In this document: one piece after another, positions 22,256-31,940 of the stretch
Position numbering within the stretch: the first letter of the stretch is position 1
Layout of the letters: each line of letters starts with the position of its first letter
Assembly (NCBI GenBank): GCA_000934665.2
Contig: JYFJ02000948.1
Coordinates: 62,001 to 99,506, forward strand
DNA: 37,506 nucleotides
Direction: 5' to 3'
Source: Catajapyx aquilonaris
Lineage: Eukaryota
Position numbers and translations under genes: made by a program
The notes under the pieces: generated by a model
Seen by the model: the letters and a program-made list of their open reading frames with translations, nothing else
What the model was told of the DNA's origin: nothing
Databases searched by the model: none

Positions 22256-24460
22256 AAGCAGAAGATGAGTGTACGGTAGTATCTGTTTCAATGTTTTGTT
22301 TACCATTATTGACATAAGCTAAATGCGAACATGGCGTGCCTGCGTCACGTATAATAACCCTTTCTCTAAAGATACTCGACTTACGCCAGATGAACTATTA
22401 TAATATTTTTTTGGTGCGAAGACGTCTCACGCAACCAGTAAACTTTCCAATAGATATTCATGAAGACATTTTGTACCACAAGACATTACCTTCTGCTATA
22501 GTTTCCAATCACTTGAATATCGAAATATAGCTTACCGTTTTTTGTGTAAACTAGCTTGATAGTTGGACTATGATTTTGGCGCGGGGCCTTTATGGTCAGG
22601 TCGCCGTAACTCTGACACAGTTGGACTATGATCAGAATGTCATCAGCCGCCCAGAAGAAATGATATGAAGCGAGGCAGTAATTTGTCGCCGTCTTATTCT
22701 TGCTCCACATCGCGCAGATCTGTTGGCGATGGTTTCTGAATTGATCGGCAGCATTTTGCGCACGTGTTGGAGCATTTAATCCGATCCAGTCTGGCTATCC
22801 ATCAAAAGACGCACCACCAACATGTAGTGATAAACCTCATCCCCTACCAAGCTACCTAAGCATTTAGCAGGATTCCGTCCTGGTGCGTCTCCTGGCTAAC
22901 TCTATTTAATCACGAAGCTTTGAAGCCAATTCAGCCAAAGAGTTTACATGTGATATCACTGCGCTACTAATCCGAAAAGGGTCTTTTAATTTAGTACAAG
23001 TCAATATTGGCAATATTCGATGGCCAATCAAGGAACTGACTCAGTGCACAGGGAAACATGACTTGACCCTGGCCTTCAAACATTTGACTAATTGATATGA
23101 AACTGCACTGTGTTCTAGTTGCATACAGTTTCAAGAAGTTGATGAGGGGCAGTAATGGACGAAATTGGAACACCGAGATTTAATGCGACAGAATAATTCT
23201 TGAGAATCACTTTGATGCTCCTGGGATACTTTGCATTGCTCACATTCCGGATCATCCAGGCCCGTAACTCATGTCAAAATATATTCTTCAGGTGTCCTAT
23301 TAGGCAGTTGGTTACGTCAGAGTCGCGTGAAAGGCTGTTATGTTATTCTGCTCTCAAATCACTTCGAATTAAAAACCTGTAATCATGATGTAGCTCTCTT
23401 TGCATAAATTATGGACAAGAAATATGGGGCAAGAACATTGTGACAGGTAAATTCATTGCTATCGTCCATGGAGAGGGAATAAGGGTGACATCGTATTTTA
23501 TTACACAGTAATTATTATTTTGATGAAAAGGAATTAGCATACTCGAACATACGTATATACCCTATACATGAAGCAATGTATTCCGCCACTTGCGTGTCTA
23601 AAAAAACATCAAAAGCTCCATAGTCACAGTGTTTTTATAGTCAAATAAGCACACTGCTTAGAGACGCAAAGGGGGAAAGGAAGAAAGCGTAATATCGTAT
23701 CATGCATCAGCAAAAAAAGACATGAACCACATGGCTCTTAAAACTTTGGGAGAAAAAATGGCTGCACTCTTCACACATACAATTCTGCAAATGGATACCG
23801 GCACCTCACTTCATGCAAAGTATGTAAATACTGCGCGTTTAGGGAGAGTCGATGGGAGAAAACATTCAAGGTCTGAAGCCTATTGTGTTTTGCAAGAATG
23901 TTTGCTAGCGCTAAATACGTCATTAATGTCGCTAATATGTTGCGTTATATTGCTTTTTACATTTTTTTGTGGAGATCTGCACATTATAATAGCTGTCTCT
24001 ACCTAAAACCAATCATCTTCATAACGTGACTCAGGACACATTTTAACTTTCACGGTGCTCTAACTACCAAGGCATACATTGCATACATAAATTCTATTAG
24101 TTTAGCTGCTTTTCAGTATCCATCAAGTATTTGGCTATTTGTAGCTGTTCAAAATAACTAATTGTCTTTTCCACATAGACTCTAGATTCTCGACAAAAAA
24201 TCAATGGCTGGCCTATGTTACTTTCGGCCCCGTGTATCAGCAATGCGTCAGAATATAGACTCTACTATGAAGGTAATTATACAAGTCATACATCAAATCA
24301 TTAATAAATTTATTGAAATAATTGCAGTAAATGATATTATAGACACCAACCTGAACCATTGCATGGACACTGAATTATTGTAAATGGTGATTTGAATCCT
24401 AGCTTCTACTGTTATCCAAGGCTTCGTCAAGTCTGACTTTGCTTCATATTACGGAAGAAA

Positions 24461-26389
24461 TTAATAGCTCGGGAGCTTTCCATAAAAATATTTCGCTTTT
24501 GCGCTGGACACGAAACATTCGAAAAGAAAGGAAGCTATGCTAAGTATTAATCCCAATGCCAGCAGATAGAAAGGCCCAGTGAGCTGCTCAACATTAAATT
24601 TCTCAGCACCTTCCTCTTCCAAAAGTGAAGGGTTAAGACGGGCTTCTTCGCGAACTCGTCTTAGTCCTTCCCAAAATTGCCCTCGCTCTGATTGTGCTGA
24701 CCATTGTGATACGAACCCTGCCTCAGTGATAGCATCAATGACAAAATTCGCACGGGACTTGTACACTGCTCGTTTTGGAAGAGCAATTGGAAAGAAGTAG
24801 CTGAGTGCAGAAGCCTTGGAATATTTCAAGAGTGGATGTCCATTCAAGTCCACGTATCTCTTGGCCTCTTCATAGAGCAAAATTCGAACCGAAGCACAGG
24901 CAGCCTTTTCCCTAAGACATACTGACACGCAGTCTTGCAAAGACCAGAATGTCTTGGACATTGCAAGGGCCTTGTGAAAGGCAGTGTCATTCCTGACAGT
25001 CTTTTCCAGCATGTTTTCAAACACCATTTTATGGGGAGTTGCAAAATAGAGTGTGAAATCTGATTCAATCAACTCTTCATAACTGTCCGGAACGAACTCT
25101 TTTCCTGGCATGGTCATAAAAGCGAACAGGTTGCTTCTATAGCAGTTGCTGATTACTATGGTCGTGTACAAGAAGAGCATTAGAAAGGATCTGGTGCTGA
25201 TTGAATTAGCTGGTATGGAGATGAATTGATCTATGAACGCACCACTGCTGTAACTGCAGTACTTCAAAAGTGAATGTTTTTTGGGTTCAAAGCCAGAAAC
25301 AGCCCACAATGCTATTGACGAAACGATCACACTTGCCAAAATAAGCATCCAGAGGAGGAGAGAATAGGGCTGCACTATGACTTTCCAGGTGTGGACATTT
25401 CCAGGCAGGGCAGTGACGAAGGTGACACTATCCGCATAAGTCGAATGAGTTGAATCTACAACCTGCATCATCTCAGCACTTGGAACCACTGCGAATGCTG
25501 CATCCACATTTCCAGCTAACACTTCTCCAATTTTACCAACCCAGGTGCCATTAGGCAAGGGTGTGTCGCTCGCACTTTCCACTGTCAGTTCGAAGGATGT
25601 TACGATCCAAGGAGTCTCCAGTGCTTTTCCCCAATAAAGCATGCAATTTGCCATTATTGAAAGCGATTCCTTTTTACTTAATTTTGCCATTGTTTCGTCC
25701 ATGTCTATTGCTTCCATGAATGCCAGACGGTAAACTTTTCCGTGCCACTTACGCGAGAAATCTGGGAAAATGTGACTGGTGGAGAGCTTGTCTCCTGCCG
25801 AGTAAGATCCGATATGAGCAGGTTTGGGTTCACCTCGGTCACAGTGGAAGCAAATGGCGTCCATTTGCAATGTGTCGTTTTTACCAACAGTCACAATGAT
25901 CTTGTACATGTAGTCACCGACTGGCTTCATAATGAAAAGAGGCGCAATTTTCTTGAAATCAGTGACGTCTGTGACCCAAAACACAAAGTAATCAACATCA
26001 GTTCTGATATTCACCGTTGCTTCCACTTGTTCCATTAGTTCGCGCAGTGTATTGCTGGCGCACATGACCAAATGGACACTTTTCTTTTTAAAAGGAAAAT
26101 TTCTTGGAAAATGTTGAGGCACAGGAGCTGATCTGCCGATGAGCATGGTCAGTTCGTATCTGGAATGGCGCTCGTTGATAAATTGTTGAAACTGTTCAGG
26201 AAACCGAACTAAGTTGTCAGCTATTACAAGAGGCGCCCTTCCTTCAGGCTGAATCCGCAGTATGTCCAGGATCAAGTCTTTCACTGCTTCTACATGAATA
26301 TCCATTGAGGGAGGAAACAATGTGATCTGACATGTCACTGAAAATGCGATCAAAAATGTCACCAAAATAACACCAGCATTGGCCATCAT
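24461..26389 (-). CDS. Divergent ionotropic receptor IR-7 (last 4 residues lost by a premature stop)
   Basis: 642-aa ORF, closest to IR-6. TAA at 24461-24463 replaces the AAA (Lys) of IR-6; the downstream F-L-P-stop codons are still present at 24449-24460. Confidence 0.88.
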   Translation of the reverse strand: MMANAGVILVTFLIAFSVTCQITLFPPSMDIHVEAVKDLILDILRIQPEGRAPLVIADNLVRFPEQFQQFINERHSRYELTMLIGRSAPVPQHFPRNFPFKKKSVHLVMCASNTLRELMEQVEATVNIRTDVDYFVFWVTDVTDFKKIAPLFIMKPVGDYMYKIIVTVGKNDTLQMDAICFHCDRGEPKPAHIGSYSAGDKLSTSHIFPDFSRKWHGKVYRLAFMEAIDMDETMAKLSKKESLSIMANCMLYWGKALETPWIVTSFELTVESASDTPLPNGTWVGKIGEVLAGNVDAAFAVVPSAEMMQVVDSTHSTYADSVTFVTALPGNVHTWKVIVQPYSLLLWMLILASVIVSSIALWAVSGFEPKKHSLLKYCSYSSGAFIDQFISIPANSISTRSFLMLFLYTTIVISNCYRSNLFAFMTMPGKEFVPDSYEELIESDFTLYFATPHKMVFENMLEKTVRNDTAFHKALAMSKTFWSLQDCVSVCLREKAACASVRILLYEEAKRYVDLNGHPLLKYSKASALSYFFPIALPKRAVYKSRANFVIDAITEAGFVSQWSAQSERGQFWEGLRRVREEARLNPSLLEEEGAEKFNVEQLTGPFYLLALGLILSIASFLFECFVSSAKAKYFYGKLPSY

Positions 26390-26529
26390 GTCTGCCTTGC
26401 ACCAACGCAGAGTCCTATTGTTTAGCGCAACCTCACAGGAATGTGATCAAAGGCTAATCTTCCAGTACTAAAGAAAGGGGTATGACAACTTTATACTTTA
26501 TCAGGCCATCTCCCCCTCCCTACCCCCAA

Positions 26530-26536
26530 TTTTATA
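26530..26536 (-). promoter_or_regulatory. Candidate TATA box of IR-7
   Basis: TATAAAA ~141 nt upstream of the ATG, within the conserved upstream block. Confidence 0.5.
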
Positions 26537-27186
26537 AAGCAGAAGATGAGTGCAGTCTGTGTTTCAATATTTTCTTTACCATTATTGACATAGGCTACAT
26601 GCGAACATGGCGTGCCTGGGTCACGTATAAAATAAACCTTTCTCTACTAAGAATACTCGACTTACGTCATAAGGGCAGAAAAGGAACCATTATGCAATTT
26701 TTGATGCTAAGACGTCTCACGCAACCAGTAGGCATAGTCTATACTCTCATAAATGCCTTTTCCAAAACAGGAAGCCGGCAACCGTCCGTGACCAATTACA
26801 GTATAACGATTTTGTCAACTCTCCATATGCATGTCCAAGACATTGATGTGGGATGACACAATCCTCAGCATCAAGAGTGAACGATGTATACTTCTCTTGC
26901 TCTGCAGGGGTGCCAACTGTTGCGTTTTAAAGCTAATTAGTGACGTAATTTGCGTATAGATATTTACATAAGGAACGTCGTAATCAGTTCTCTAATAGTA
27001 GGCCTACCTGCAACTGGAGAATATTTTTAAAATATAAATATAATAATAAAAATAAAATATATACTGTATACCATAGTATGTAAACACATTATATTAGCTT
27101 TTCCGTAAATACCCGTAAACTTTGCTAATTAGTGTATCTTCACTTCGCACGAGAGGACAGCATAACTGTCACGGTACAATAAATAT

Positions 27187-28179
27187 TAGTAGGCCTATAG
27201 GCAAATTAGGGCTGGAGCTGGCTTTTTTTTTTTGGAAAGGTATTATTTGGTTTAACACGTTCTTTGTGATCCCCTGCACCTCCAGTGAAAAGACCTAAAA
27301 AAATACGGGCTGGGCAACCTACTTAAATGTTGAAAAATGTCCGCCATTTTGGAACGTTATGAAAACTGTAGGCCATAAAATGATGTTGCTTGCGCTATTT
27401 TGGTTTAAATGCTTTCTCAAACTTAAACTATATAATGACAGACTAAATTATTTAAACATTTATATTTTATTTATATGTAAAATGTGACCAAAATACATGA
27501 TATTACAAGGTATTTCGATTTTCTTGAAAAGTCATCACACCCACTCTGAACAATTTTCAGGTCAGCTTAGGGAAGAAATAATTTTCAATTCGTATGTTGG
27601 CATGATTTACGATTAATACACGCTTATTAGAAGGCACTGCGCATGCGCAGACAAGATCGGTGTATGGGCAGGACGGAACACCCCCGCTCTTGTCTGCTCA
27701 TGCGTCGTGCCTTATAACAATCGTGTATTAATAGTAAATCATGCCAACATACGAATTGAAAATTATTTCTTCCCTAAGCTGACTTGAAAATTGTTCAGAT
27801 CATGGTTCAGAGTATGTGTGACGACTTTCCAAGAAAATCGAAATACTTGACACCTTGTATCAGGTACTTTGGTCACATTTATATAAATAAAATTACTGTG
27901 TAATGTTTAAATAATTTAGTCCTTCATCATATAGTTTAAGTTTGAGAAAGAATTTAAACCAAAATAGCGCAAGCAGCATCATTTTATGGCCTACTGTTCT
28001 AATATAAATGCAATTTTTTAACGGAGGACATTTTTCAAAAAAGTTGGTTGCCCAGCTCGTATTTTTCACGACTTTTCACTGGAGGTGCAGTGGATCTCAA
28101 AGAACGTTTTACAACAAAAATAGCTTTCAAAAAAAAAAAAAAAATCCAGCTCCAGCCCTAATTTGTCTATAGGCTACTA
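27187..28179. mobile_element. ~1 kb foldback (palindromic) non-autonomous DNA element
   Basis: Left arm ~27187-27660 is the imperfect reverse complement of right arm ~27684-28179, e.g. caaattagggctggagctgg / ccagctccagccctaatttg and cagcttagggaagaaataattttcaattcgtatgttggcatgatttac / gtaaatcatgccaacatacgaattgaaaattatttcttccctaagctg. Short central spacer, no ORF, TA at both outer ends. Superfamily not assignable. Confidence 0.8.
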
Positions 28180-28969
28180 TGTTTTCTGAAGTTGTGCTTT
28201 TCTGCATTACTGTATTTGTATGGGAAGAATAAAGAAATCGAAATGATTGAAAGGTTTTTCATGACGCATTTTTCTATTTTAAATAGCACATCATATGTAT
28301 CTCTCCAACTGGTAACTTTTCAAAATAGTGCACCTCCATATTGGTAGATAGTCTGGCCTTTTAAAAGTTAGCCTCCAAATTACACGTTTGCGTGTACTGG
28401 TGGTCGTCGAGTGTCGCTGAGGAATTCTTGAGATTCTCTCGTATTCTCTCATTTTCAAACATTCCCCAATAGCAATTACGTGAAAGATTAAGTTAAAATT
28501 TCAATTGTCGACTGCAACAATTTTTATTTATAGAAAATCTATAATTTCCGGGTATGAGTAAAATATGTTAAGTTGTGAAAAAATTCAGTTAACGTTAAAG
28601 AATTGACTCAACATGACCATGGCCTTACTATGATTAATTGACGTGAAACTTCATGAAGTGATCTAGGCGTATAAAACCTTTTCAGAATTTGATGAATGGG
28701 TGAAGATGCACGAGCCTGAGACACGCGAGATTAAGTGCGACAGACAACATGTTTAATGCCCTTGGAATGCTTTGCATTACTCACCGGCCAGGTCATCCAG
28801 GCCTATAACTTATATCTCTTGTCAAAAAATAATATTAAAGCAGGTAAAATCGCACAATTGTACTTTAGAAACACACATTCGGATGTAGACTTTTTTGACA
28901 GATCATATTATTGCTAATTAGTTCAGGATACTATTTTCACTTTGCACGAGACCACTAATTGTGAACTAA

Positions 28970-30907
28970 TCATGGTAAAAAGGTATAATTTGGTGTGGTG
29001 TATTTCGAACGCATTTCAAAAAGCAAGCATTCAACTATGAAAAATGCAGTGCTGAGTATTAGACCCAAGACCAGCAAATAGAACGGGCCGCTAAGTTGAT
29101 CCATGGTGAAAATTTTAACTTTTTCCTCGGACAAATTTAATGTGGAGAACTTGGCCCTCTTTCGAACTTCCCTTAGTCCGTGTAAAAATTGTCCGTACTC
29201 AGATTGCGCTATCCATTGCGTCAGGAATCCAAATTCAATCAAAGTGTTTATGCCAAAATTCACTCGAGACTTGTAAACTGCGCGTTTTGGAACAGCAATT
29301 GGAAAGAAGTAGCTGAGTGCAGAAGCCTTGGAATATTTCAATAGTGGTCGACCGTCCAAGTCCACGTATCTCTTGGCCTCTTCAAATAATAAAATTCCAA
29401 CAGAAGCGCATGCTGCCTTTTCACTCAGGCATATTGACACGCAGTCTTGCATTGACCAGAATGACTTGGACACTTTCAGTGCTTCGTGGAAGGCAGTGTC
29501 ATTCTTCGTCGTTTTGTCTAACATGTTTTTAAACACCATTTTATGGGGGGTTGCAAAATAGAGCACGAAATCTGAATCCACTAGTTCTTCATAACTGTCC
29601 GGAACAAATTCTTTTCCCGGCATTGTCATAAAAGCAAACAGGTTGCTTCGATAGCAATTGCTAAGAACCATACAGGAGTACAGGAAGAATATTAGAAAGG
29701 ATCTTGTGGCTATCGAGTCTGAATTTATGTCAACGAATTGTTCAATGAATGCACCTGCTGTGAATCTGAAGCATCTCTGAATTGTTGATCGCTTGTTTTC
29801 ACTCACTGATATTAACCATAGCGCTACAGAGGACATGATCACAGCGGCGAATATCAGCAACCAGATAATCAGCTTGTAAGGCTGCACTATGACTCTCCAG
29901 GTGTGGACATTGCCGGGAATGGCAGTCACGAACGTTACTGAATCCGAATAAACCGAGTTTGTGGAGTCTACAACCTGCAGCATTTCAGCACTAGGCACTA
30001 TTGCAAATCCGGCTTCCGCATTTCCACTTATAATGTCCCCAATCTTACCAACCCACGTGCCATTTGACAAGGGTGAGTCGCTGGCACTCTCGACGCTCAG
30101 TTCAAATCCTGTCACTGTCCATCTGGTGTTAAACACGTAACCCAAGAACACCATGGCGTTTGCAACTATTGGAACTGGCTCTGAATTCCTCACTTTCTCC
30201 GTAGTTGCTTTCATGTCTATTGCTTCTACATACGCCATGCGGAAAAGCTTCCCGTTGAAATTACTCCCAAAGTTTGGAGAGATTTGATCGATGGAGAGCA
30301 TTACCTCCGATGGATAAGTTCCGATGCGAAAGGGTTTGGGTTTACCTCGGTTGCAATAGAAACATATTGAATCCACGTGGACACTTCCGTTTCCACCCAC
30401 AGTAGCAATGATCTTGTATTTGTAGTCTGATAGTGGCTTCTTTGTGAAGAGATGTGTAATTGTCATGAAGTCGTTGATGTCTGTGATCCAAAAAACAAAG
30501 TAATCGTAATCAGTCCTGATGTTCACCGTTGCTTCCACTTTCTCTACTAATACTCCTAGTGCGTTGCTGGAGCACACAATGAAATGAACACTTTTCGTCT
30601 TAAACGGGAAAATTTTTGCAAATTTGTTCGGCACACGAGTAGTTTTGCGGATAACCATGGTCAGTTCGTAACCGTCATGCCGTGAATTCACCACTTCTTG
30701 GAACTGATCGGGAAGGCGGCCACGGTTGTAAGATAAGACGAGTGAGGCCGGATGTTGGGTTTGAATATCCAAAATGTGCAAAATCAGTTGCGTCACTACA
30801 GATACTGATGGGAGAGGGATGCCGTCTGAAGTAGAGGGAGATAACATCTGATGCATCCTCGCACTACCAACTGAGATTACCACCAAAAAGAAGAAGACAC
30901 TTGTCAT
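28970..30907 (-). CDS. Divergent ionotropic receptor IR-8
   Basis: ATG at 30907 (MTSVFFFLVVISVGSA, signal-peptide-like); track start 30967 is GTG. NGTWVGKIGDIISG, GAFIEQ, NCYRSNLFAFM; ends NYTFLP. Confidence 0.9.
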   Translation of the reverse strand: MTSVFFFLVVISVGSARMHQMLSPSTSDGIPLPSVSVVTQLILHILDIQTQHPASLVLSYNRGRLPDQFQEVVNSRHDGYELTMVIRKTTRVPNKFAKIFPFKTKSVHFIVCSSNALGVLVEKVEATVNIRTDYDYFVFWITDINDFMTITHLFTKKPLSDYKYKIIATVGGNGSVHVDSICFYCNRGKPKPFRIGTYPSEVMLSIDQISPNFGSNFNGKLFRMAYVEAIDMKATTEKVRNSEPVPIVANAMVFLGYVFNTRWTVTGFELSVESASDSPLSNGTWVGKIGDIISGNAEAGFAIVPSAEMLQVVDSTNSVYSDSVTFVTAIPGNVHTWRVIVQPYKLIIWLLIFAAVIMSSVALWLISVSENKRSTIQRCFRFTAGAFIEQFVDINSDSIATRSFLIFFLYSCMVLSNCYRSNLFAFMTMPGKEFVPDSYEELVDSDFVLYFATPHKMVFKNMLDKTTKNDTAFHEALKVSKSFWSMQDCVSICLSEKAACASVGILLFEEAKRYVDLDGRPLLKYSKASALSYFFPIAVPKRAVYKSRVNFGINTLIEFGFLTQWIAQSEYGQFLHGLREVRKRAKFSTLNLSEEKVKIFTMDQLSGPFYLLVLGLILSTAFFIVECLLFEMRSKYTTPNYTFLP

Positions 30908-31061
30908 CTTGATTGCACTTTGTAGCACAGGTGCATTGATCCTGGCAAGTATGCCTTGGCACCGCACAGAACGCTACTGAATGTACAAAAACAACAACAA
31001 CTTTCTAGTGCGTGAAGGGTGTGAGGTAGCGGACATTGACCAGTCCATTCCTCCCTGTGTA

Positions 31062-31068
31062 TTTTATA
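31062..31068 (-). promoter_or_regulatory. Candidate TATA box of IR-8
   Basis: TATAAAA ~155 nt upstream of the ATG, next to an atgagtgt word also found beside the IR-4 and IR-5 elements. Confidence 0.4.
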
Positions 31069-31648
31069 ATAATGAGTGTCAGTCTTCATGGTTTCTTTAT
31101 TGTTATCGACTGAATAAGTACTGCGCAGGAGTGCAGCGTGATGATGACACGGAAAGAATCATGTTGACAGATTTTAATTCATTGTGACGTGGTGACGGAT
31201 GTGTCGTCTGAAATAACGTACGTGACTATATTATTTAATGTTAAAGAATAACATAGTAAGGATTGTACCGCGCTAATACATATGCCAATGTAATACACTA
31301 GTACTTTCTGCAATTCGGGAAGTAAGTATAGTCCTTATAATCCTTTACTGAAGCCTTGAAGGGCAAACGTGTATTTATATAATATTATGCGGATACTTGC
31401 ATGTGTACAATATTATGGAGGCGGTATAATTTTATTCCCACGTTATGAAGGTGTGGAAGTGTAATATTATAAACATTTTCGTATGAAAAGTAAAGTTTTA
31501 TCACATGCGAAATTTTTTAATCTGTAGTTATGTAAATGACATAAGAAACTATTACCTTGAAATTTTTGTCGCTGACATTACACATTATTATTACACACAG
31601 CAAGAAAAAGCTGGAAATATGTTACGGAATATGGGCCAAATATGTCGG

Positions 31649-31650
<2 letters not shown>

Positions 31651-31719
<69 letters not shown>
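31651..31719. repeat. (TTA)23 microsatellite
   Basis: Perfect trinucleotide run of 69 nt. Confidence 0.95.
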
Positions 31720-31789
31720 GATCAAGTAATTTGTACTAGCCACGTGGCATTACAATTATAAGTTTTAGACAGCATCTGTTTTTCATTAA

Positions 31790-31940
31790 AGGCCATTTCA
31801 CAAAAAAAATGTCGCGCGGCAAACGGCGCGACTTGCGGCAAATTTTATTGTTGCCAACAATTGGCAACAATAAATGTAAATAAAAATTTGCCGCAAGTCG
31901 CGCCGTTTGCCGCGCGACATTTTTTTTTGTGAAATGGCCT
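31790..31940. mobile_element. PIF/Harbinger (Tourist-like) MITE, 151 bp, TAA target-site duplication
   Basis: ~57-bp near-perfect TIRs starting AGGCCATTTCAC and ending GTGAAATGGCCT. Flanked by TAA at 31787-31789 and 31941-31943. The paralogous site near 36205-36212 is empty with a single TAA. A 3-bp TAA/TTA TSD is the PIF/Harbinger hallmark. Confidence 0.85.

Larger units (their letters stand above)
21965..26730. repeat. Segmental duplication A, copy 2 (truncated IR-5 copy, spacer, IR-7 and its upstream region)
   Basis: Collinear with 17395-21781. Carries extra segments at ~22575-22632, ~23034-23334 and ~24237-24281. Confidence 0.9.

Noticed and set aside
26905..28320. Possible hAT-like element (caggggtgccaact ... 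aactggtaact) enclosing the foldback
   Set aside because: The right end is too degenerate and no 8-bp TSD could be identified.
31505..31739. Poly-Tyr and poly-Ile ORFs
   Set aside because: Translations of the (TTA)n microsatellite.
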